Shown piece after piece: positions 57,036 through 64,000 of a stretch of 64,000 nucleotides of DNA. The notes beneath the pieces were generated by a model. The model saw nothing but the letters and a program-made list of their open reading frames with translations. It was not told the origin of the DNA and did no database searches. The first letter of the stretch is position 1. Each line of letters starts with the position of its first letter. The stretch spans positions 196,396-260,395 of the forward strand of contig OY970378.1 in NCBI GenBank assembly GCA_963718875.1. The letters run 5' to 3'. Made by a program: the position numbers and the translations under genes. Source of the stretch: Candidatus Parcubacteria bacterium (GTDB lineage: Bacteria > Patescibacteriota > Saccharimonadia > UBA4664 > JBIOIQ01).

Positions 57036-57620
57036 ATGAAGCAAGAGCCAAAAGTGTCAACTGTAAAAGGTCAAAAGATGAAGGTCGAGAAGGCGTCGAA
57101 ACCCTTCCCTGGCCAGCACAACGGTGAGGTTGTTCAGCTGGTGTTTCGCCAGCATCCTGTAGTAATGCGAAAAACCTTTATTTTTAGCATGTTTATAATT
57201 CTGATTGGCTTGATGCCTCTTTTGCTCTGGGCAATGACACCTTTGGTTGGGAGTGAGGTTTTTTATAATTTTGGAGTCAAAGTAGCGTGGGCTGGTCCGG
57301 TGGTGGCAATACTAAGCATGGTCTATCGCTGGATTGGTTGGTACTACAGTGTCTATATAGTGACGAATGAACGGATCGTTGAGATCAAGCAGAAGGGTTT
57401 TTTTGATCGCCGGGTCAGCGAGTATGGTTTAGACAAAGTTCAAAACGTCAACTATCACGTGAGTGGAATCCAGGGGGCAGTTCTCCAGTTTGGCGATATA
57501 ACGGCACAGACATACGTAGGCGATCTGTTAATGTCCAAAATTCATAAGCCGGTACGTATTCATGAACAGATTGTGGAGGTGGTGCGGCAGTTTAATAGCT
57601 CGACACCAAAGTCTAATTAG
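57036..57620 (+). CDS. bacterial PH-domain (bPH_2/YdbT-like) membrane protein
   Basis: Two TM helices followed by the bPH_2-like YIVTNERIVEIKQKGFFDRRV... segment. A tggtacaat -10 sits ~10 nt before the ATG, so the mRNA may be leaderless. Confidence 0.7.
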   Translation: MKQEPKVSTVKGQKMKVEKASKPFPGQHNGEVVQLVFRQHPVVMRKTFIFSMFIILIGLMPLLLWAMTPLVGSEVFYNFGVKVAWAGPVVAILSMVYRWIGWYYSVYIVTNERIVEIKQKGFFDRRVSEYGLDKVQNVNYHVSGIQGAVLQFGDITAQTYVGDLLMSKIHKPVRIHEQIVEVVRQFNSSTPKSN

Positions 57621-57757
57621 GGTACCATAACTGGGAACGAATCTTTGTTATAACTTAAGCATGTTACCGTTTAAAGTACCAAAGCTGGTGAACGTGGTAT
57701 AGAAAAGATTTTGGTGGAGAACGATCGTTATTGTAATTGGGGTTAAAGGAGTTTTCA

Positions 57758-58906
57758 TTGGCACAGGAAAAAAAATCAGGGGACAAGGATTTAAAAGCTA
57801 CGAGTAAGTCGACCAAAAAGGACGAACCTAAAGCATTACCGCCAGTTAATAAAGCTAAGTCCGAAGTTAAACCTGCCAAGCCAAAAGAACCCGCTACATC
57901 AACTAAGGCCGATTTAGAGCCCGAGACATTTGGTAGTGTTGCCCCAATCGTGGAGTCCTCGTCGAAAACAGAGTCTAAGCCCAAAAGCCGAATTAATCGG
58001 AAAATTGTAGCCTTTGTGGGAGCAGGCGTATTAGCCGTAGCGGTTGTATTGATGGTTGTTTTTGGTGTGATGATTTATAAGTACAAGTCTGACAGTTCAT
58101 TGGTGTATGCTGTAGCCAAAGTTGTTCCTTATCCAGTTGAAAAAGTGAATGGCAGTTATATTAGTTACGGCGAGTACTTGTTTGAGTTGAAATCAGTCAA
58201 ACAGTACTACCAGAGCCAGACGACTCAAAGCGGCCAACAGGGGATTAACTTTAATTCGACAGAAGGCAAAGCAAAACTTGCTACTTTGCGAACTCAGGTG
58301 CTGACTCAACTTACCAACGATGCTATAACGAAGCAGCTGATAAATAAAAACAATATTAAGGTCAGCACCAAAGAAGTTAATAATCAGGTTGATCAAATTG
58401 TTAAGGCTTCCGGAGGACTTGATAAGGTTAAAAACGTCTTGACTAAATTTTACGGATGGACTCTAGATGATTTAAAGGTCAAGGTCAAATACCAGCTGGC
58501 GCGACAGAAACTACAAGACAAACTGTCTGCCGATAATAGCTTAAAAGCTCAAGCTAAGGCTAAGGCTGAAGATGTTGAAGGCCAGATTAAAGCTGGTGGT
58601 GATTTTGCAACGTTGGCAAAAAAGTACTCCCAAGATAGTTCGGCCGCTAACGGCGGAGATTTGGGTTTCTTAGCAAAAGGTCAGACGGTAAAGCAGTTTG
58701 AAGATGCCGCTTTTGCACTTGAGGTGGGTCAAGTGTCGCCGGTAGTTAAGACTCAATATGGATACCACATTATCAAAGCATTGGAGTACAATGCTGATAA
58801 AACCCAAATACACGCTTCACAAATTTTGATCGAGCCGATTAATTTTGATAACTATCTAAAAGAGCAAATTAAGAAGGCTAAGGTTAGTAAATATCTCAAA
58901 GTTTAA
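57758..58906 (+). CDS. parvulin-type peptidyl-prolyl isomerase (PrsA/SurA-like foldase) with Lys-rich N-terminus and TM anchor
   Basis: PpiC domain GDFATLAKKYSQDS...GGDLGF...GYHIIK. AAAGGAG RBS before the TTG at 57758; the track start is 57737. Confidence 0.85.
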   Translation: MAQEKKSGDKDLKATSKSTKKDEPKALPPVNKAKSEVKPAKPKEPATSTKADLEPETFGSVAPIVESSSKTESKPKSRINRKIVAFVGAGVLAVAVVLMVVFGVMIYKYKSDSSLVYAVAKVVPYPVEKVNGSYISYGEYLFELKSVKQYYQSQTTQSGQQGINFNSTEGKAKLATLRTQVLTQLTNDAITKQLINKNNIKVSTKEVNNQVDQIVKASGGLDKVKNVLTKFYGWTLDDLKVKVKYQLARQKLQDKLSADNSLKAQAKAKAEDVEGQIKAGGDFATLAKKYSQDSSAANGGDLGFLAKGQTVKQFEDAAFALEVGQVSPVVKTQYGYHIIKALEYNADKTQIHASQILIEPINFDNYLKEQIKKAKVSKYLKV

Positions 58907-59005
58907 CTCTGGTTGGTCTTTCGTAGTCCTCTTACTGCAGGCTACTCGAACAATAAGATGGACTTAATGGTTCGATGATAGAAGAGATTACCTGGTTATT
59001 CTAGG

Positions 59006-59920
59006 TCACTCAGGCTTGTCTATGCTGTGACCACCAAATAATTGGCGCATAGCGGCAAGGAAACGGGTGGTGTCGCTGATTTGGCCTGCGCGGGAATCTG
59101 CACGAACTTTTAGGGAAAGTTCGATGGAAGGGAGAGGAATATTAGCGGCTTTCCCCGCCTCAACTGTCCAGCGACCTTCACCGTTTTCGGCAACATAACC
59201 CTCGATACCATTAAGGGTGGGGTTTTTAGCAAAAATTTCTTCAGTTAACCCTACTAAGTATGACTGGATGATGCTGCCGTGTTGCCAGACGTTTACTAGC
59301 TTGGCTAAATCAACGCCTTTGTATTGGCCGTTCTTTAGAAGGTCGAGCCCTTCGGCAATTGACTGCATCATGCCATATTCAATCCCATTGTGAACCATTT
59401 TAACGTAATGTCCGGCTCCTCCTGGTCCGAAATGACCTATGCCCCCTGGTTGGGCAATTACAGCCAAAATCGGCTCAACGTGGATGTATGAAGCAGCATC
59501 ACCACCAACCATGATGCAGTAACCGTTATTGCGCCCGCTCAAGCCTCCGGATGTGCCGCAATCGAGCAAATGGATGTTGTGATTCGAGATGAGCCTCTGT
59601 CCGCGTTCGATAGTATCGGTGTAATGTGAATTACCACCGTCAATAATGATGTCGCCGGCTTCTAAAACGCTAGCCACTCCTTCTGGGCCAAAAATTACTT
59701 CCTCAGTTGCCTGACCAGCTGGTACCATAATCCAAACAACCCTTGGGGACGGAAGTTTAGCGAAGTCGGCGTACTTTTTAGCATGTTCTCCGCCAAGGGC
59801 AACTATGGGTGCAACCTTGTCGGGATGGCGGTTAAAAGCCATAACTTCATGGCCGTTTTTTAATAGGCGTTCTGCAATACCGGCTCCCATTCTTCCAAGG
59901 CCAACAATACCAATTTTCAT
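59006..59920 (-). CDS. gnd: 6-phosphogluconate dehydrogenase (decarboxylating), short ~300-aa form
   Basis: Rossmann motif IGIVGLGRMGAGIA and short-form 6PGDH length. GAGGAG RBS. Confidence 0.9.
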   Translation of the reverse strand: MKIGIVGLGRMGAGIAERLLKNGHEVMAFNRHPDKVAPIVALGGEHAKKYADFAKLPSPRVVWIMVPAGQATEEVIFGPEGVASVLEAGDIIIDGGNSHYTDTIERGQRLISNHNIHLLDCGTSGGLSGRNNGYCIMVGGDAASYIHVEPILAVIAQPGGIGHFGPGGAGHYVKMVHNGIEYGMMQSIAEGLDLLKNGQYKGVDLAKLVNVWQHGSIIQSYLVGLTEEIFAKNPTLNGIEGYVAENGEGRWTVEAGKAANIPLPSIELSLKVRADSRAGQISDTTRFLAAMRQLFGGHSIDKPE

Positions 59921-60630
59921 ATTTTTTTCTCCTCACTAGGGGTAGCGATTATTACCTGTTTTAGTTCTCTTATAATATTTGCTGGTATGTCGTGAGTTGA
60001 TAATTGCAATTGATTGTCAGTCAACCGACGCAATAGTGGTAGTTTAGAAATATCTTTGATCAGGACGATTGTCTCGTCTGAAAGGCGAAGCACTGGCAAT
60101 GTGAGGGTAATGCGTTGCGGATATTGACTGTCGTTGCGGTAGCCTACTACTAAGTTTTGGCTATCAAATCTTGTACTAAAGCGGCCACTATCAGCATCCG
60201 GTAAAATGCCAGCAATGTGAGAGTCAGGGCCTATCCCCAAAACAGTTATAAGCTGACGTTGCTCATGTATAAGGTATTGGGTCAATTGATACTCATACTG
60301 AGCAGCTTCTTCTTCAAGAGATTTTCCATGTAGGATTGGACTATAAATTGCCCCAAGTTGCTCAAGACGCGTAATGATACCGCTATTTCGAATGGCGGTA
60401 TCATTGGTGTCGATGTGGTTTGGGTTGGGATCGTAACGCTCGTCTACTAGCCCTACCACAAGTTGACCAGGTTCTATATTCAACTTGAGCCTGCGGGCTA
60501 GTTCTTCATAAATCCCTACAGCTGAGCCGCCCGACAGCAGCAGCAAAACCGGACCTCGTGCAAGGAGGTTGTTCAAACTGGTGGTGATGATATTAGCTGC
60601 TTCACTATAAGGCTGGTAAGCGATATTCAT
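59917..60630 (-). CDS. pgl: 6-phosphogluconolactonase
   Basis: LLLSGGSAVGIY motif of the Pgl/NagB fold. Overlaps gnd. Confidence 0.8.
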   Translation of the reverse strand: MNIAYQPYSEAANIITTSLNNLLARGPVLLLLSGGSAVGIYEELARRLKLNIEPGQLVVGLVDERYDPNPNHIDTNDTAIRNSGIITRLEQLGAIYSPILHGKSLEEEAAQYEYQLTQYLIHEQRQLITVLGIGPDSHIAGILPDADSGRFSTRFDSQNLVVGYRNDSQYPQRITLTLPVLRLSDETIVLIKDISKLPLLRRLTDNQLQLSTHDIPANIIRELKQVIIATPSEEKKI

Positions 60631-60738
60631 GTATACTAGCTTAGCAGGAAGTTGGTAATCAAGGCCAGCTTAGAATTTAATTCTTATTACTTGGAGAGTA
60701 AGCCATTGTCTCTGTTTAGCAGCGATTTAAGACATAGC

Positions 60739-62160
60739 ATGCCATTTGTACTTGTTATCTTTGGCGTTACTGGTGATTTAGCCAGGCGTAAGCTTATTCC
60801 GGCATTGTTTGAATTATATTCGGAAGGGTATTTGCCAGAACGTTTTATCATTTTGGGTTTTGCTCGTCGCGACTGGACAGTGAGTGATATGGTGGTGGAG
60901 GCTGGTAGTATTTTAGCGGTAAAGCCAAATGTTGATCAAACAAAATTGAAACAATTTTTTACTCATTTTGATTATTTACAGGGTAATTTTGATGCCCCTA
61001 CAGATTATCAGCGATTGGCAGCTAAGATGGAAAAGCTAGATGAATTAATAGGACAGTGTGGTAGAAGGCTGTTCTATCTAGCCACCCCTGCAGAAACATA
61101 TTTAAATATTTTAGCCGGTATAAAGTATGCCAAGCTTGAAAAGCCGTGCGGTGATAAGACAGGTTGGACGCGAATAGTGATCGAAAAGCCCTTTGGTCAT
61201 GATCTTGTTAGCTCGCAATCACTTGACCTTGAACTAACTACCATATTTGAAGAAGCACAGATTTATCGGATTGACCATTACTTGGCTAAAGAGACGGTTC
61301 AAAATATTATGACTTTTCGTTTTGCTAACACTATTTTTGAGCCTATTTGGAACGCTGATTACATTGAGCGTATTGAGATAGTGATGCACGAAGATTTTGG
61401 CATTGGCACTCGAGGTAACTTTTACGACAACACAGGCGCATTGCGTGATATAGTTCAAAACCATCTACTCCAGTTGCTGGCTCTTATAACCATGGAAAAG
61501 CCAAAAGTAGCAAATGAAAAAGCTTTTAGAGATGAAAGATCAAGGCTATTGTCGGCTATTCAGGTGTTTGACCTTGAACACTTAGAGCGGAATATCTTGT
61601 TGGGTCAATACGCTAGCTATATTGAAGAGCCTGACGTGAAGCCGAACTCAAATGTGGAAACATTTGCCGCAATTCACGCTGAGATAGATTTGCCACGCTG
61701 GAATGGCGTTCAAGTATTTTTGGTCACAGGTAAGCGTATGAAGTCTACTATGACAAAAATTCGCGTGGCATTTAAAAACACTCCTAATAACTTGTTCGAA
61801 GTGCCTTTGGCAAAAACAAACCATAATGTATTAACTTTTGATATTCAGCCGACCGAAGGCATTGGAATGCAGTTGTTAGCCAAACAACCTGGTTATGGGC
61901 GAGAGGTGCAACCTGTGACAATGCATTTTAATTATAGTGAAAACTTTAAAACTCCTGGAGTGGATGCTTACTCCAGGTTATTACTCGATGCTATTGATGG
62001 TGATCAGACCTTGTTTACTCGTAGCGACGAGGTAGCTGCGGAATGGCATTTTATTGACTCGATACGTGAAAAAGTTCAACAGCATAATTTAAGGCCGCAA
62101 ATTTATGAGGACGGCAGTGATGGTCCAATAGGGCTTAAGATGTTGATGGGATATCGTTGA
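60739..62160 (+). CDS. zwf: glucose-6-phosphate 1-dehydrogenase (start uncertain; TTG alternatives at 60652 and 60697)
   Basis: GxxGDLA N-terminus FGVTGDLARRKL and active-site RIDHYLAKE. Confidence 0.9.
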   Translation: MPFVLVIFGVTGDLARRKLIPALFELYSEGYLPERFIILGFARRDWTVSDMVVEAGSILAVKPNVDQTKLKQFFTHFDYLQGNFDAPTDYQRLAAKMEKLDELIGQCGRRLFYLATPAETYLNILAGIKYAKLEKPCGDKTGWTRIVIEKPFGHDLVSSQSLDLELTTIFEEAQIYRIDHYLAKETVQNIMTFRFANTIFEPIWNADYIERIEIVMHEDFGIGTRGNFYDNTGALRDIVQNHLLQLLALITMEKPKVANEKAFRDERSRLLSAIQVFDLEHLERNILLGQYASYIEEPDVKPNSNVETFAAIHAEIDLPRWNGVQVFLVTGKRMKSTMTKIRVAFKNTPNNLFEVPLAKTNHNVLTFDIQPTEGIGMQLLAKQPGYGREVQPVTMHFNYSENFKTPGVDAYSRLLLDAIDGDQTLFTRSDEVAAEWHFIDSIREKVQQHNLRPQIYEDGSDGPIGLKMLMGYR

Positions 62161-62701
62161 AATATTCTATTTTATTAAGTTTGCAAACTTTTCGCGTAAT
62201 TTTTTGTAACTTGGGATTTATTATGATCTGGCAATAGTCAGGGCGATTAATTTCGTAATCGTTTTGAAAACTTTCGGCAGGGTAAAAATGGTCGAGCTGC
62301 TTGATCTCAGTAACAATTGGGTTGTCCCAAAGCTTGGCAGTGTCTTGCTTTGAAGACTCGGCCGTGACTTTTTGTTCATTGCTTGCGTATAAAATTATAG
62401 AACGATATTGCGTTCCCACATCGTAGGACTGTCGGTTAAGGGTGGTTGGATCGTGAAGTATCCAAAATACGTCCAGAATATCTTCAAAACTTATTACAAG
62501 TGGGTCATAGGTAAGTTGGACAACTTCGGCATGCCCTGTGGTGCCAGTGCAAACTCGCTGGAATGTTGGGTTGGCCAGGGTTCCGCCTGCATATCCTTGA
62601 GTTACTTTAGTAATGCCGTTTACGAGCTTGTAGGCGGCATCAAAACACCAAAAGCAACCGCCGCCTAAGGTTGCGGTCTGTAAGTTTATTGGTTTTTCCA
62701 T
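62135..62701 (-). CDS. msrA: peptide methionine sulfoxide reductase MsrA
   Basis: GGGCFWC active-site motif. Confidence 0.92.
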   Translation of the reverse strand: MEKPINLQTATLGGGCFWCFDAAYKLVNGITKVTQGYAGGTLANPTFQRVCTGTTGHAEVVQLTYDPLVISFEDILDVFWILHDPTTLNRQSYDVGTQYRSIILYASNEQKVTAESSKQDTAKLWDNPIVTEIKQLDHFYPAESFQNDYEINRPDYCQIIINPKLQKITRKVCKLNKIEYFNDIPSTS

Positions 62702-62775
62702 GTAACTATTATAGCCTAGTCAGCTGGCTCTACACTGGTCTGAAAATAATTGAGGGAGTCTGCTACAATTAAATC

Positions 62776-64000
62776 ATGAACACCCCCCAACGCGTCCATA
62801 TCCTGGGAATTACTGGCCACGCTATGCGTGGCGTAGCCTTGGCTCTAAAAAAGCGTGGACATATTGTAACTGGTACAGATCCAGATGCCTACCCGCCCGG
62901 ATCTGACTGGCTGGATGGGCATAGTATTACTTGGTGGCGAGAACCTGACATAAAGCATCTTGAAGGTGTTGACATGGTTATTTTGGGAGGAGGCGTGTCG
63001 CCAGAGCAACCCGAGTTAGTTGAAGCTGTGGCAAATGGGATAGAAATTAAATCATATCCGCAAGCGGTGTGGGAGTTGATTAAGAGTTCACATAGAGTTG
63101 TCGTGACTGGCTCTCATGGTAAAACAACGACGACATCAATGATTGCTTGGATTTTGGAATATTCTGGCAAACATCCAGATTTTTTAGTCGGCATACAGCC
63201 ACATAATTTTAATACAAGCGTACGTTTGGAAGGGAGCGAGGTCGCGGTAATCGAAGGGGATGAGTATCGTAGCTCTCAGTTAGATAATAAATCTAAGTTC
63301 GACTACTATCACCCAAATGTTGTTATTATTACATCAATTGAGTATGACCACCCTGATTTATTTCCTGATTTTCAATCCGTTGAGCAGCGTTTTATTAATC
63401 TTGTAGGGGCTATGTCTCATGATGGGCGTGTGTACGTTTGCGGAACCAGCACAGAGGCTATGGGAGTAGCGGCTAAATCGGCGGCACCCATAACTACATA
63501 CGGGCCGGGAAGCTTTTGGCAAGCACGGGACATTGAGTATGGATCAAACGGCTTGGTGTATAAATTATTTCGTCACGATGAAGAGCTTGGGATTGTTCAC
63601 TTGCCGCTATACGGCGAACATAATGTTACAAATAGTTTGGCGGCATCGGCGGTGGCCATAGACTATGGAGTCGAGTTTGGGCAGCTTCAAAAAGCCTTTA
63701 GCTCATTTAAGGGAGCGTCGCGCCGTTTTGAGCGTGTGTCAACTAGTGATTCTTCCGTAATAGTGATAGATGATTATGCTCATCACCCTACTGAAGTAGC
63801 GGCGACTATTAAGGCTGCCAAGCAGCATTTTAAAGGCAAGGTTATTGTAGTATTTAGGCCCCATACTTATTCCCGTATACTGGCGTTAAAGAATGATTTT
63901 CGTGAGGCGCTTGAGCTTGCAGATAGGGCATTTGTGGCACCAATAGAAGGAGCGCGTGAAGGACTAGTCAGTAGCGTTAGTGGTGCTGACATTGTCCAGG
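62776..64000 (+). CDS. Mur ligase family protein (Mpl / MurC-like), 3' truncated by window end
   Basis: Own translation gives MNTPQRVHILGITGHAMRGVALALKKRGH...DAYPPGSDW...GSHGKTTTTSM...EGDEYRSS. Not in the ORF track because there is no stop inside the window. Confidence 0.75.
   Translation, partial: MNTPQRVHILGITGHAMRGVALALKKRGHIVTGTDPDAYPPGSDWLDGHSITWWREPDIKHLEGVDMVILGGGVSPEQPELVEAVANGIEIKSYPQAVWELIKSSHRVVVTGSHGKTTTTSMIAWILEYSGKHPDFLVGIQPHNFNTSVRLEGSEVAVIEGDEYRSSQLDNKSKFDYYHPNVVIITSIEYDHPDLFPDFQSVEQRFINLVGAMSHDGRVYVCGTSTEAMGVAAKSAAPITTYGPGSFWQARDIEYGSNGLVYKLFRHDEELGIVHLPLYGEHNVTNSLAASAVAIDYGVEFGQLQKAFSSFKGASRRFERVSTSDSSVIVIDDYAHHPTEVAATIKAAKQHFKGKVIVVFRPHTYSRILALKNDFREALELADRAFVAPIEGAREGLVSSVSGADIVQ

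Noticed and set aside
1-64000. CRISPR arrays, cas genes, rRNA genes, prophage structural genes
   Set aside because: No regularly spaced direct repeats with unique spacers and no recognisable cas, rRNA or phage capsid/terminase sequences were seen in any frame.

Overview
This 64 kb window looks like chromosomal DNA from a small-genome, monoderm-type bacterium. The backbone is about 42-48% GC and tightly packed with housekeeping genes, and the gene content is consistent with a Patescibacteria/CPR (Saccharibacteria-like) episymbiont. That placement is inference only.

The cues for the placement are: a type IV pilus locus next to a sortase-type LAXTG protein; rpsF-ssb-rpsR without rplI; low-complexity tails on housekeeping proteins; and GC-rich islets whose codon usage resembles a high-GC actinobacterial host.

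Recognisable content, in order along the window:
- rpsT, a DHH/DHHA1 phosphoesterase, truB, and the rpsO-pnp operon.
- A family-4-like UDG, RNase J, purF and ftsK.
- A RodZ-like gene, yajQ and alaX.
- A degraded IS30 element, a mitochondrial-type monomeric PheRS, and recA-recX.
- rpsF-ssb-rpsR, efp, a GIY-YIG nuclease, tlyA and ychF, with an overlapping phd-doc toxin-antitoxin pair.
- A GC-rich LAXTG surface-protein gene.
- A very large repeat-containing secreted protein.
- A complete type IV pilus locus: pilM-pilN-pilO, pilB, pilT, pilC, the major pilin, prepilin peptidase and four pilin-like genes.
- Then xerD, a Wzy_C/TPR membrane protein, mnmG, an IS200/RAYT-like HUH transposase, uppP, dedA, an M16 peptidase, ndk, a HIT protein, NUDIX and tRNA-Arg(CCU).
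- Finally a parvulin foldase, gnd-pgl/zwf, msrA and a partial Mur ligase.

No CRISPR array and no rRNA gene was seen.

The most unusual content is non-coding or accessory:
- Several unrelated intergenic repeat families, including one structured 70-nt element with compensatory base changes.
- A palindromic GTCATTCCC...GGGAATC element family that brackets the GIY-YIG gene in nested inverted orientation and abuts the GC-anomalous orphan genes.
- An IR-bracketed four-helix-bundle ('rRNA IVS protein') cassette.
- Heptanucleotide x4 tandem arrays at three pilus-associated positions.
- At least four apparent frameshifts, which may be assembly errors or genuine decay: truB, xerD, the giant adhesin and IS30, plus a possible one in RodZ.
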